Assembly (NCBI GenBank): GCA_964478235.1
Contig: CAYZGX010000005.1
Coordinates: 246-64,245, forward strand
Length of the DNA: 64,000 nucleotides
From: an uncultured Gammaproteobacteria bacterium
GTDB taxonomy: Bacteria > Patescibacteriota > Patescibacteriia > Magasanikbacterales > GWA2-37-8
Direction: 5' to 3'
Part shown: piece after piece, positions 39,083-49,055 of the stretch
Position numbering within the stretch: the stretch's first letter is position 1
Layout: the number at the start of each line of letters is the position of its first letter
Position numbers and translations under genes: made by a program
The notes under the pieces: model-generated
What the model saw: only the letters and a program-made list of their open reading frames with translations
What the model was told of the DNA's origin: nothing
Databases searched by the model: none

Positions 39083-40405
39083 TTATTCATTGATAAGAGT
39101 AATATCGGCGCCAACTGAAGCGAGTGTATCGTAGAGTCGTTCATAGCCTCGGTCAATCACATAGGTATTGCGAAGCACTGATTTACCTTTAGCTGCCAAC
39201 ATGCACAACAGCACGTTAACTGCCGGGCGAAGCGCTGGCGGAGCCATAAGCTCAGCTGGCTTGAAATCTGTTGCCCCTTCCACCCACACACGATGCGTAT
39301 CAATAAGCGTAATGTTAGCGCCTACTTTTTTGAGATCCAAACTATACATCACCCGATCTTCATAGACCCAGTCATGCACCAAGGTGCGCCCGGTGGCCGT
39401 TGCTAAAATCGGAATAAACAGAGGTAAGTTATCAATATTTAAACCAGGATACGGGCGACACTCCAATTTGTCTGGCAAAGCTTTGAGTTTACTTGGAGCC
39501 AGCTCAATATCCACAACTGCAAACTTGCCATTTTTACTTTGGCGAGGATTTTTAAGAGTATATTTTTGTCCCATCACTTCCAATTTCAACAATTCCAAAC
39601 GTAAAAAATCCAACGGACAATTTTCTACCGTCAAAGTAGACTTAGTAACAATTGCCGCCGACACAAAGGTCATGGCGACAATCGGATCAGGCATCACCGG
39701 ATAATTGGCCACTGATTTTAGTTTAGAAACACCATCAATCGTGAGAGTGGTAGTACCAATACCATGAATTTTTGCTCCAGCCTTCTGAAGGAAAAAACAC
39801 AGATCTTGTACCATGTAATTAGCCGATGCCATACGAATGGTGGTCGTGCCATGAGCCAAGACCGCGCCCAAAATAGCATTAACTGTTGCAGTGTCACCTG
39901 ATTCGTACATCACAATATCACTAGCGATGAGCTTCGTTGGATTCTTCACTTCATAAAAACCTGGAGATGTCTTGACCTGCACTCCAAATTTTTCAAGAGC
40001 AAACAAATGCGGACGCACCGTGCGCTGACCGAGTTTACATCCGCCAGAACGATATAATTTATAGTGTTTTTCACGAGATGACAGAGCACCCAAAAACAAA
40101 AGTGAGGCACGAGTCATTTCACAGGCTCGTTTATCAATCGTTGCCAAGGTTAAATCTTTAGAGGCATCAATTAAAAGTTCGCCAGGAATACTTGTGTCCA
40201 CCTGTACGTTAATACTACGGAGTAATTCAATAATTCGCTCCACTTCTTCAATGAGTGGAACATCGGTAAAACGAACTTTACCACGCACCATAACAGCCGC
40301 AGCCAAAAGAGCCACCGCCGCATTTTTTGACGATTGTGTAACGACTGATCCGTGGAGCTTTTTACCCCCATTAATGACTAAATATGACATAGAAGTAAGG
40401 GACAA
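39083..40405 (-). CDS. murA: UDP-N-acetylglucosamine 1-carboxyvinyltransferase
   Basis: EPSP-synthase-fold repeats, KNAAV, catalytic Cys region RSGGCKLGQRTV. Confidence 0.9.
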   Translation of the reverse strand: MSLTSMSYLVINGGKKLHGSVVTQSSKNAAVALLAAAVMVRGKVRFTDVPLIEEVERIIELLRSINVQVDTSIPGELLIDASKDLTLATIDKRACEMTRASLLFLGALSSREKHYKLYRSGGCKLGQRTVRPHLFALEKFGVQVKTSPGFYEVKNPTKLIASDIVMYESGDTATVNAILGAVLAHGTTTIRMASANYMVQDLCFFLQKAGAKIHGIGTTTLTIDGVSKLKSVANYPVMPDPIVAMTFVSAAIVTKSTLTVENCPLDFLRLELLKLEVMGQKYTLKNPRQSKNGKFAVVDIELAPSKLKALPDKLECRPYPGLNIDNLPLFIPILATATGRTLVHDWVYEDRVMYSLDLKKVGANITLIDTHRVWVEGATDFKPAELMAPPALRPAVNVLLCMLAAKGKSVLRNTYVIDRGYERLYDTLASVGADITLINE

Positions 40406-40490
40406 TTCTTTGACTGAGAAGTCTTTTTATGATAGTAATAAGTATACTCTATTCGCCTTCTTTTGGCAAACCTTTGCTTAAAAACCTCGT

Positions 40491-41828
40491 ATGGAATATC
40501 CTGGAGCTCGCTTCACCAGACCCGTTCGCCTGACCGTGCTTATCATTTGGGTGTCACTCTTCCTCATTGGCGCCCCACTCACCGTCCTCTACGCTGCCGG
40601 CTATCGCTTTGATACCACCTACGGCTTTTTTCGTGAAACCGGAGGCTTGAGCATTGATATCCTCCCGGCCACGGCCAAGGTTTATTTAGACAACGAACTC
40701 GTTGAAAAAAATATTCCCATCCGACTCCAAAATATCACCCCGCGCGATTATCATATCCGCCTCAGCCTTGATGGCTATTATGATTGGGAAAAAACAGTGA
40801 CGGTCAAACCTCGCCAAACCAGATATATCAAAGATATTACCCTCATCAAACAAACAACGCCGACTCAAATCGCCACCGGTACCATTCACAGCCTGTCAGG
40901 ATCGTTTGATGGTCGTTTTATTCTCTATATCAAAAACGGCGCCCACCCTACTCTCACGAGCTATGACAGCAAAAGCGCTCGCTCTACACAATTAATCGAA
41001 ATCTCCACCACCAGCACTCTCAAAACTACCTGGTCAGAAAAACACAACTTCTTTTTTATTACCCTCTCTCCCAACAGTGTTATTGTTGGCAACGCTAATA
41101 ATGCCAAAAATACCACTCGCCTCATTTCTTTTCCAGAACCACTCACCAAAATCATCTGGCAAGAAACTGATGAACCACTTCTCTACCTTAGCACTTCCGC
41201 TACTATTTTCTCTTTTTCTCCCACACTCAACGAAAAACGAACTGTTACCAAAAATACCTTTCTTGACTGGACGATTGAAGGCGGCGCGCTCTGGACTTTA
41301 ACTAAAAGCACCAACACGCTCCACATCACCAAAGACACTCTTGGTTTCAACGAAGCATTTGCTGATATAACTACAACATCACTCCAAATAAGCGACGACA
41401 TTTTTTCACCAGCTGATTGGCGCATTGAAACCATTCACAATAACACTGTCCTTTTACAATCAAACAAAGAATCACGAATGGTAATCGTACGCCAAGATGG
41501 TCAACACTCTCTCCCAACTAATACTTGGCTCATCTCCCCCTTTGACAGTTGGTGGATGCTCAAAAATGACGCCGAACTCTGGACATATATTGAAGGCGAA
41601 AAACCACAACTCCTCACCAGAAGCGGCGAACACCTAAGCCAAGTACTCCCGCTTGATAAAGAAAACACCCTCGGCATAGTCAACGGCGGCAATGTCTGGA
41701 GCCTCTTTTCCTATGAGCTGGTCCAACAAAAAATAGTGTCGGGACCAATCAAAGAAGCAGTTGCCGATCCCTACAGCCGCCAACTCTACTACACCACAGC
41801 CGACAGCCTCTTTGTACTCGCTTACTAA
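40491..41828 (+). CDS. membrane-anchored PEGA-domain protein with C-terminal beta-rich region
   Basis: N-terminal TM; PEGA-like block AKVYLDNELV...TPRDYHIRLSLDGYYDWEKTVTV. Confidence 0.55.
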   Translation: MEYPGARFTRPVRLTVLIIWVSLFLIGAPLTVLYAAGYRFDTTYGFFRETGGLSIDILPATAKVYLDNELVEKNIPIRLQNITPRDYHIRLSLDGYYDWEKTVTVKPRQTRYIKDITLIKQTTPTQIATGTIHSLSGSFDGRFILYIKNGAHPTLTSYDSKSARSTQLIEISTTSTLKTTWSEKHNFFFITLSPNSVIVGNANNAKNTTRLISFPEPLTKIIWQETDEPLLYLSTSATIFSFSPTLNEKRTVTKNTFLDWTIEGGALWTLTKSTNTLHITKDTLGFNEAFADITTTSLQISDDIFSPADWRIETIHNNTVLLQSNKESRMVIVRQDGQHSLPTNTWLISPFDSWWMLKNDAELWTYIEGEKPQLLTRSGEHLSQVLPLDKENTLGIVNGGNVWSLFSYELVQQKIVSGPIKEAVADPYSRQLYYTTADSLFVLAY

Positions 41829-41840
41829 CCTTCTTACACT

Positions 41841-42248
41841 ATGAAATTCACCACCTACACCGACGGCGGAGCCCGTGGTAACCCAGGGCCAGCAGCTTCG
41901 GGAATTGTTGTAAAAGACGAGACCGGTAAAACCATCTCTGCTTTTGGAGTCTATCTCGGACACCAAACCAACAATGTCGCCGAATATACCGCTCTTCTTG
42001 AAGCCCTCAAAAAAGCCAAAGAGCTTGGTGCCACCGAAGTTGATTGCGTCCTAGATAGTGAATTAGTGGTCAAACAAATGCGCGGCGAATACAAAGTCAA
42101 AGAACCAACACTCCAAAAATTATTTATCGCTGTCTACAACACAGCTGCTCAATTTAAAAAAGTTACTTATCGCCATGTGCTTCGAGCTCAGAATAAAGAA
42201 GCCGATGCTGAAGTCAACAAAATACTAGATGCCAAAGCTGGCCAATAA
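41841..42248 (+). CDS. rnhA: ribonuclease H (RNase HI-like)
   Basis: TDGGARGNPGPA, NNVAEYTALLEAL, DSELVV, ADAEVN (DEDD catalytic residues). Confidence 0.85.
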   Translation: MKFTTYTDGGARGNPGPAASGIVVKDETGKTISAFGVYLGHQTNNVAEYTALLEALKKAKELGATEVDCVLDSELVVKQMRGEYKVKEPTLQKLFIAVYNTAAQFKKVTYRHVLRAQNKEADAEVNKILDAKAGQ

Positions 42249-42280
42249 AAAATCTCCCCGAGTCGGGGAGATTTTTCTTT
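42246..42280. terminator. bidirectional rho-independent terminator between convergent rnhA and dnaJ
   Basis: AAAAAATCTCCCCGAGTCGGGGAGATTTTTCTTTT. Confidence 0.85.
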
Positions 42281-43359
42281 TATAAATCTTCTTTGAGAGC
42301 TTCGAGAGCTTGCTTAACTGTTTTTGGTAATTTACGCGGTACACGAATTTTAACCCGCACGTAGTGATCACCGCGAGAAGAACTATTCAAATGTTGAATA
42401 CCTTTGCCTTTAAGACGAATCAGCTGGCCAGATTCAGTGCCATCAGGGACCACCATTTTGACCATACCATCAATCGTTTCCACTTCAATCGTGTCACCAA
42501 GCACTGCCTGAACGAAACTCACTTCTTTGGTGGTATAAACATCCACGCCGTCACGTTCAAACACTTTGGATGGTTTAATATGTACCCGAACGTACAGATC
42601 ACCTGACGTACCAGCGTGCGGAGCCGCTTCGCCATGGCCAGTGAGACGAATTGACTGAGTATCGTCAATACCGGCTGGGATTTTAACCTGAACATCTACT
42701 TTTTGAGCGAGAACTCCATCACCTCCGCAGTGGGTACATTTTTTAGTTGGAAATTTACCACGACCATGACAAGTGCTACAGGTAACCACTGTCTGCATCG
42801 TACCGAGGAACGTTCGCTGATTCTGCACTGTCTGCCCTTGCCCCTTACAAGCGCTACAGGTGTCTACCTTGCTTCCCGGCTCAGCACCCTCACCTTTACA
42901 GGTGACACACTTTGCCTGCTTGCGAAGGCTCACTGTGCGCTCCACACCAAAAGCTGCTTCTTTAAAATCCAATTCAACATCCACTTGAATATCTCGTCCA
43001 CGATTCTCGCGCTGTCCACGGCCACCGCCAAAGATATCTCCGAAGTCCATTCCCCCAAAATTGAAATCAAAACCACCACCACCTTGACCATTACGAGCGG
43101 CTCGCATAAAGTCTTCCCAGCCAGCGCCACCACCAAAACCACCCTGCTGTTCAAAGTCAGAGCCATATTGATCATAGCGAGCGCGTTTATCTTTGTCAGA
43201 TAGCACCTGATAAGCTTCGTTTACTTCTTTAAACTTCGCTTCATTGCCACCTTGTCTATCAGGGTGATGTTGCATCGCTGCCTTCTTAAAGGCTTTCTTA
43301 ACCTCATCATCCGAAGCACCCTTTTCCACGCCTAAAATTTTATAATAATCTTTGGACAT
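42280..43359 (-). CDS. dnaJ: molecular chaperone DnaJ
   Basis: J domain with HPD, G/F region, four CxxCxGxG zinc-finger repeats. Confidence 0.95.
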   Translation of the reverse strand: MSKDYYKILGVEKGASDDEVKKAFKKAAMQHHPDRQGGNEAKFKEVNEAYQVLSDKDKRARYDQYGSDFEQQGGFGGGAGWEDFMRAARNGQGGGGFDFNFGGMDFGDIFGGGRGQRENRGRDIQVDVELDFKEAAFGVERTVSLRKQAKCVTCKGEGAEPGSKVDTCSACKGQGQTVQNQRTFLGTMQTVVTCSTCHGRGKFPTKKCTHCGGDGVLAQKVDVQVKIPAGIDDTQSIRLTGHGEAAPHAGTSGDLYVRVHIKPSKVFERDGVDVYTTKEVSFVQAVLGDTIEVETIDGMVKMVVPDGTESGQLIRLKGKGIQHLNSSSRGDHYVRVKIRVPRKLPKTVKQALEALKEDL

Positions 43360-43362
43360 ACC

Positions 43363-43791
43363 TTATGAGCCGAAATATTCGTTTAATTCGTTAGTGATAT
43401 CCTGAATAATATCTTTCGTAAATTTTTCTTCTGAGGCAATTGGTAGATTCATAGCTAATACAGACAAACGATTAATCATCCAATTGTAATAAAAACTCCG
43501 ACTAACCTTGTCGTCGGCGTTAGCTTGTAGAAGTCGCGTGCGAAAATCTTTAGCAATCATCATTGTTTCCTTAGCCAAATCTGCGTATGACGACGCTCCG
43601 GAAGCAATCGATTTACGAAGTAAATCGCCGTACAATTCCCAAGCCTGCAGCTCGCTAGCGCCAAGCTCACCAACATCGGTGACATGAACTATTGTTCCGT
43701 CTATTTTAGAACATCTTTCCACAATTTGAGCGATCTTTTTTTGAAAAGACGCCACCGCACCTTCGCGTGATCCTTCAAATGATTCAGACAT
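43363..43791 (-). CDS. hypothetical protein encoded between dnaK and dnaJ
   Basis: 143-aa ORF from ATG 43791 (MSESFEGSREG...); the longer upstream extension overlaps the dnaK 3' end; no recognisable domain. Confidence 0.5.
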   Translation of the reverse strand: MSESFEGSREGAVASFQKKIAQIVERCSKIDGTIVHVTDVGELGASELQAWELYGDLLRKSIASGASSYADLAKETMMIAKDFRTRLLQANADDKVSRSFYYNWMINRLSVLAMNLPIASEEKFTKDIIQDITNELNEYFGS

Positions 43792-43858
43792 AGTATGACA
43801 AGCTACTAAGTAAACAGCCAACCCCGACAAGTGTCGGGGGCAGCGTCTCATCAGTATA

Positions 43859-45757
43859 CTAAGCTTGTGGTTTATCGTCCACCACTTCGCCTTCAATCGG
43901 ACCATCTTTCTTTGGTTCACCACCAGGAGGGGTTGCGCCCTTAGCTTGCTCAGCTTGATACATTTTTGTACCAATCACCTGAGCCGCTTTGGAAAGCTCG
44001 TCGCCCGCTTGTTTGATGGCTTCAGCATCATCTTTGTCTTTCACTTCTTTTACTTTAGCGAGAGCGTCGTTGACCGCTTTCTTTTCATCGTCGGTTACAA
44101 CAACTTTTTTCTCATCAATTTCTTTCATCATTTTTTCAGTGGTATACACCATAGTATCGGCGATATTACGTGCTTCGATAAGTTCTTGTTTTTTCTTATC
44201 ATCAGCAGCATGAAGCTCAGCGTCTTTTTTCATCTTTTCAATTTCTTCTTTACTAAGACCAGAGGATGATTCAATCTTGATAGATTGTTCTTTGTTGGTC
44301 GCCTTGTCTTTGGCTTTCACATGCAAAATACCGTTGGCATCAATATCAAACGACACTTCAATTTGCGGTACGCCACGAGGAGCTGGAGGAATACCAGCAA
44401 GCTCAAATTGACCGAGTACTTTATTATCGTTAAACATTGGGCGTTCACCTTGGGCGACGCGAATAGACACCGCTGGCTGGTTGTCAGCCGCTGTCGAGAA
44501 CACTTGGGATTTAGAAGTTGGGATAGTGGTGTTTCGTTCAATGAGTTTGGTGAAAACACTGCCCATTGTTTCAAGACCAAGAGATAGCGGGGTGACATCG
44601 AGGAGTAACACATCTTTAACATCGCCTTTGAGCACACCACCTTGCACAGCAGCACCAATTGCCACTACTTCATCTGGGTTCACGCTAATATTTGGTTTCT
44701 TACCAAAGAATTTTTCAACTGTTGAATAGACCAACGGCATACGAGTCATACCGCCGACCATCACAATTTCATCAATTTTAGAGATTTCCAATTTCGCATC
44801 TTGCAAAGCGAGCTTCACCGGGCCCATACTCTTTTCTACAAAATCGTGGACCAATTCTTCGAGTTTCGCACGAGTAAGTTTGAGATCCAAATGTTTTGGA
44901 CCATTCGCATCAGACGAAATAAATGGTTGGTTGATTTGTGTTTCTTGAGAAGTAGACAATTCAATCTTAGCTTTTTCAGCCGCTTCTTTGATGCGACCAA
45001 GCGCCAACATATCTTTGCCCAAATCAACACCATCAGATTTCTTGAATTCATCAATAATCCATTGCATGATGCGCTGGTCAAAGTCGTCACCACCAAGGTG
45101 AGTGTCGCCATTTGTCGCGAGCACCTGCACTGAATCTTCACTCACTTCCAAAACAGACACATCGAAGGTACCACCACCGAGATCGTACACCACAATTCGC
45201 TGATCTTTCTTTTTATCAAAACCATAAGCGAGAGCAGCGGCAGTTGGCTCGTTAATAATACGGAGCACATTCAAACCGGCAATTTCACCAGCCACTTTGG
45301 TAGCCGAGCGTTGCGCGTCGTTGAAATATGCTGGCACCGTGATAACCGCTTCAGTGATTTTTTCACCAAGACGCTCTTCGGCATCAGCTTTGAGCTTGGA
45401 GAGAACCATCGCCCCAATTTGTTCTGGAGCAAATTTCTCGCCATTCATCAAAATACGAACGCCTTCACCTTCTTGGGTAATTTCATACGGCAAAGAGCCT
45501 TTGGTGCGAGATACTTCAGCATCACCAAAACTGCGGCCAACCATGCGTTTTGCCGAGTAAATAGTGTTCTTTGGGTTGGTGACAGCCTGGCGTTTTGCCA
45601 ATTGACCGACCAAACGCTCTCCACTTTTGGAGATAGCCACCACCGAAGGAGTGGTACGAGCCCCTTCTTTGTTTTCCAAAACTTTCGGCTGACCACCTTC
45701 AATGATAGCCATGCACGAGTTTGTTGTACCTAAATCGATTCCGAGTACTTTTGACAT
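43859..45757 (-). CDS. dnaK: molecular chaperone DnaK (Hsp70)
   Basis: [24 protein letters not shown] motifs; 632 aa. Confidence 0.97.
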   Translation of the reverse strand: MSKVLGIDLGTTNSCMAIIEGGQPKVLENKEGARTTPSVVAISKSGERLVGQLAKRQAVTNPKNTIYSAKRMVGRSFGDAEVSRTKGSLPYEITQEGEGVRILMNGEKFAPEQIGAMVLSKLKADAEERLGEKITEAVITVPAYFNDAQRSATKVAGEIAGLNVLRIINEPTAAALAYGFDKKKDQRIVVYDLGGGTFDVSVLEVSEDSVQVLATNGDTHLGGDDFDQRIMQWIIDEFKKSDGVDLGKDMLALGRIKEAAEKAKIELSTSQETQINQPFISSDANGPKHLDLKLTRAKLEELVHDFVEKSMGPVKLALQDAKLEISKIDEIVMVGGMTRMPLVYSTVEKFFGKKPNISVNPDEVVAIGAAVQGGVLKGDVKDVLLLDVTPLSLGLETMGSVFTKLIERNTTIPTSKSQVFSTAADNQPAVSIRVAQGERPMFNDNKVLGQFELAGIPPAPRGVPQIEVSFDIDANGILHVKAKDKATNKEQSIKIESSSGLSKEEIEKMKKDAELHAADDKKKQELIEARNIADTMVYTTEKMMKEIDEKKVVVTDDEKKAVNDALAKVKEVKDKDDAEAIKQAGDELSKAAQVIGTKMYQAEQAKGATPPGGEPKKDGPIEGEVVDDKPQA

Positions 45758-45775
45758 ACAGTGTGTAATAAGTAA

Positions 45776-46219
45776 TTATTTTTTATCTTTTTTAACAATC
45801 TTCACCGCTACCTTTTTTGTTTCCACCGAAGTTACTTTCGGACAAGAGATTTTGAGCATCCCGTCTTCAAACTCGGCTGAAACTTTGTCTTCTAAAACAG
45901 CGGTTGGGAGCGGAATAGTGCGATAGAACGAACCGCTACGAACTTCTTTACGGTAATAATTCTTTTCATCAACTTCATGCTCGCTATTGCTTTCACCTTT
46001 GATACTGAGCATCCCCTGTTGCACATTGACTTCGACATTTTCTGGCTTTACCCCAGCAAGTGGCATCTCAACGATAAGCGCCTTATCGTTTTCATACATA
46101 TTAATCGCCGGTACAAACGCCTGAAGCGAAGTGCTGCCGCTAACAGCCGGGAGGCGATTAAACATATCATCAATTTCACCAAACGGATCCATCATCGGAG
46201 TCCAACGAATGAGTGACAT
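45776..46219 (-). CDS. Hsp20/alpha-crystallin family small heat shock protein
   Basis: Alpha-crystallin domain (DKALIVEMPLAGV...GMLKISCPK); start at ATG 46219. Confidence 0.85.
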   Translation of the reverse strand: MSLIRWTPMMDPFGEIDDMFNRLPAVSGSTSLQAFVPAINMYENDKALIVEMPLAGVKPENVEVNVQQGMLSIKGESNSEHEVDEKNYYRKEVRSGSFYRTIPLPTAVLEDKVSAEFEDGMLKISCPKVTSVETKKVAVKIVKKDKK

Positions 46220-46238
46220 ATATAAAAAATTAAATGAA

Positions 46239-46751
46239 TTATTCGGCAATAATGACTTTAGCAACTTTGACCACGCGACCAGCCATAGTGTATCCCCCAT
46301 CAACTTCACGGAGAATCGTGCCCGGAGCTTTGTCGCTTTTTTCTTGCCCCGCTGATTCATGGAGCTTTGGATCAAAGGTTTCGCCAACAGTTTTAATTTC
46401 TTCCAGCTTATGTGCTTTAAAGACTTCGGCGAAGAGTTTCATAATAAACCCAACACCCATCACCCAATTCTTTATCTGCTTATCTTCACTCGCTGGTGGC
46501 TGACCAAACGCTTTTTTAAAACTATCGTACACAGGGATAAACTCTTCCAAAATCTGAATTTCACTCATCGACGCCCATTCTTGGCGACGACTAGCAGTTT
46601 CTTTTTGTAAATTAGCGTAATCGGCGAGAGCGCGTTGCCAACTCACTTTATATTCATCTCGCTCTTTCAAAGCTTGCTCGAGCGGATCAGGTGTTGATTT
46701 CTCAACCGGCGCTTCAACAACCTCTTCTTGTTTATTTTGTTCGTCTGACAT
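46239..46751 (-). CDS. grpE: nucleotide exchange factor GrpE
   Basis: RALADYANLQKETASRRQ coiled-coil and C-terminal beta domain. Confidence 0.9.
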   Translation of the reverse strand: MSDEQNKQEEVVEAPVEKSTPDPLEQALKERDEYKVSWQRALADYANLQKETASRRQEWASMSEIQILEEFIPVYDSFKKAFGQPPASEDKQIKNWVMGVGFIMKLFAEVFKAHKLEEIKTVGETFDPKLHESAGQEKSDKAPGTILREVDGGYTMAGRVVKVAKVIIAE

Positions 46752-46757
46752 ACGGGT

Positions 46758-47447
46758 TTAAATAAGTTCACGAATTTTTTTAAGCAAACTCCAATTATGT
46801 TTGTAATTCATGCGTTGCGGGCCAAGGAGAATAAGAAGCGATTCACCGTTCTCACCCAATCGAGTCGCTACGCAGGATAACATTTCACCAAACGGATGAT
46901 CACTACCAAGGTAACAGCGCGGTGTGTTGTCGGTACTGTCATAAAACCGCGGTAAATATTCTTCACAACGATCAAACACTCGCGAAACATTAGCCACCAA
47001 CTGCATTTCTGCAAAATCTGGCTTACTAAACAAATTAGACAAACCAGTGTAATACATTTTTTCAGAAGAAAAAGCGAGAATAGCTGTTTCACCGGACAAA
47101 GCAACCAATGTTTTTGCCAAAAGTTTATATTTAGCTTCGGTATCAACTTCTGCCCCGAGAGTTTTTTCAAGCGCACCCATTTCTGCTTTTGATACTTTTA
47201 ATTTTTCCGGAGAGATGGTGTCGATATAAAAACGGTACCCATCAATTGTCGGGATACGCCCCGCTGAAGTATGTGGGTGCGTCAAATAACCAGCTTCTTC
47301 CAAAGTGCGAAGTTCGTTCCGCACTGTGGCTTCGCTCCAATCAAGCCCGCCGACTTCAACCAAAAATCGTGACCCTACCGGTTCGGCAGTGGCCACATAC
47401 TGTTCAATCACGAGTTCAAGTAATTTTTGCTGGCGTTCTTCTAGCAT
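46758..47447 (-). CDS. hrcA: heat-inducible transcription repressor HrcA (short form)
   Basis: N-terminal winged helix (RQQKLLELVIEQYVATAEPVGSR); operon position and CIRCE upstream. Confidence 0.8.
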   Translation of the reverse strand: MLEERQQKLLELVIEQYVATAEPVGSRFLVEVGGLDWSEATVRNELRTLEEAGYLTHPHTSAGRIPTIDGYRFYIDTISPEKLKVSKAEMGALEKTLGAEVDTEAKYKLLAKTLVALSGETAILAFSSEKMYYTGLSNLFSKPDFAEMQLVANVSRVFDRCEEYLPRFYDSTDNTPRCYLGSDHPFGEMLSCVATRLGENGESLLILLGPQRMNYKHNWSLLKKIRELI

Positions 47448-47448
47448 A

Positions 47449-47493
47449 CTTAGCGCTCAAGTGTCGTTAGCACTCAATAGTTCTGAGTGATAA
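47449..47493. promoter_or_regulatory. CIRCE operator (TTAGCACTC-N9-GAGTGaTAA) plus an upstream extra half-site TTAGCGCTC
   Basis: 47467-47493 TTAGCACTCAATAGTTCTGAGTGATAA matches the CIRCE consensus TTAGCACTC-N9-GAGTGCTAA with one mismatch; sits directly upstream of hrcA. Confidence 0.85.
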
Positions 47494-47556
47494 TATAGCG
47501 CTCCCCCACCAACCTGTCAAGAGCCCATCTATACACAGCAGACTTGGCTAAAATTA

Positions 47557-47592
47557 AACAAAAAAGCCCCGTTATACAGGGCTTTTTATTCA
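47557..47592 (-). terminator. rho-independent terminator downstream of SPFH gene
   Basis: AAAAAAGCCCCGTTATACAGGGCTTTTTATT. Confidence 0.75.
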
Positions 47593-47610
47593 ACAAAGCA
47601 ATCCGCTACA

Positions 47611-48183
47611 TTACGAGTGAATAGATTGAATTTCAGAAAGCAAGACATTTTCTACATAAATCCCACGAGAGTAGAAAATACGCTCTAATTCATTTTTAAT
47701 TTCTGTTTCTACCTGATCGCGTTTTGCACCAACGATATCGTTGTAATCAAAACGACTCACTACCATACGAATACGACTGCGAATAGCTGGGCGAACAATT
47801 TTCGCGACGAAATCTTCACCAATTGTCTGCCAAATACTTGGCACCTGGTGAATATCTAAGCGAAGAAGAATAGTCCCCTCCACACCAGCACGCTTACCAT
47901 CTTGGGTAACAGTCGCAATTGGAATGTCGCCGAGTGAACGTTCGTGTTCAGGGTTAAATTGGCGAGAAATACTGTATTCCAATGTTTGTACATTGAAAAG
48001 TTTAGCTTTCTGCCAAAACGGAATCTTGAGGTGAAGACCTGGGGTCAACACTTTCTTCAAAACACCGCGACCAAGGTCGTACACACAAGCAACATAGCCC
48101 GGTGGTACATAGATAAACAAACCCTTGAGCACGTCATCAACAACGAATGAATACATCAATTTGTCTAAAGATTCGGCAGCCAT
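47611..48183 (-). CDS. SPFH/band-7 domain protein (short)
   Basis: SPFH-like core; 190 aa; no clear N-terminal TM. Confidence 0.65.
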   Translation of the reverse strand: MAAESLDKLMYSFVVDDVLKGLFIYVPPGYVACVYDLGRGVLKKVLTPGLHLKIPFWQKAKLFNVQTLEYSISRQFNPEHERSLGDIPIATVTQDGKRAGVEGTILLRLDIHQVPSIWQTIGEDFVAKIVRPAIRSRIRMVVSRFDYNDIVGAKRDQVETEIKNELERIFYSRGIYVENVLLSEIQSIHS

Positions 48184-48203
48184 AGATAAAGACAGTTAAA
48201 AAA

Positions 48204-48926
48204 TTAATGGTGACTTGATCCGTGCGCTTCAGCCGGCGCTTTCTTTTTGAAGAAAGCGTGACGAAGCAAACTAATCACGTCAGAAAAAATCATGGTGGTC
48301 AAGATAAACAGCGATTTGACCATCGGCAAATACCAAAGCAAAGCAAAAGTGGCGAGCGGGAAAAAAATGAAATAATACATCTCAGATTTATTCCAAGCCT
48401 TTTTAGCTCGAGTTTCAATAACAATAGAACCAAGCAGATAGAGGGCTACAATCCCCGCCCAGATATAATCATGGGTATGGCCGATATCAAAACCATAGAA
48501 ACTAACATTTACCCGACCAGGAAAATCAACTGACGGATAGAGATTTTTCATCATCTTGTCGCCAGTAATACCACCAACGAACACTTGGTACAACAACAAG
48601 AAGATAACCGCCTGCACCCCAACCGACAAAGCTTTGGCCCATGGTGAGACTTTATATTTTTTCATGATTTTACGCACTACTTCTTGCTGTGCGACACGAT
48701 CATTTTTGTAGGCCTTGATAGCGAGAGCAGCTTCAGCTTCAGCTGTTTCACGACGCTGATCGCTTGATTCAGACAAAATAGTTAACGGCAATAAGACGAT
48801 GCGCAAAAAGACAGTTAACCAAATAACTGCCCAGCCAAGATTTTGGTCGGCAATGTTCGAGTAAATCCAAATCAACGCGTTAAATAACGGTTGATAGAAA
48901 AACGTGAACCAAAGCATTGAAAACAT
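48204..48926 (-). CDS. yidC: membrane protein insertase YidC/Oxa1 family (short Gram-positive type)
   Basis: QPLFNALIWIY...GWAVIWLTVFLRIVLLPLT conserved TM2 region, 5 TM, basic C-terminal tail. Confidence 0.8.
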   Translation of the reverse strand: MFSMLWFTFFYQPLFNALIWIYSNIADQNLGWAVIWLTVFLRIVLLPLTILSESSDQRRETAEAEAALAIKAYKNDRVAQQEVVRKIMKKYKVSPWAKALSVGVQAVIFLLLYQVFVGGITGDKMMKNLYPSVDFPGRVNVSFYGFDIGHTHDYIWAGIVALYLLGSIVIETRAKKAWNKSEMYYFIFFPLATFALLWYLPMVKSLFILTTMIFSDVISLLRHAFFKKKAPAEAHGSSHH

Positions 48927-49055
48927 AGATATATATTCAGTATACCAGCTCTGACACTAAAAAACTATAGTAGCGTTCACAGTATACCACAAAACAGCCT
49001 ATTTGTCAACGCTTCTGTGCCTTAAAAAATGGCTAAGATTAGAGGAAAGAAGCTC

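Noticed and set aside
43865-45733. Several 70-140-aa ORFs antisense or out of frame within dnaK
   Set aside because: Shadow ORFs inside a highly conserved gene; low-complexity translations
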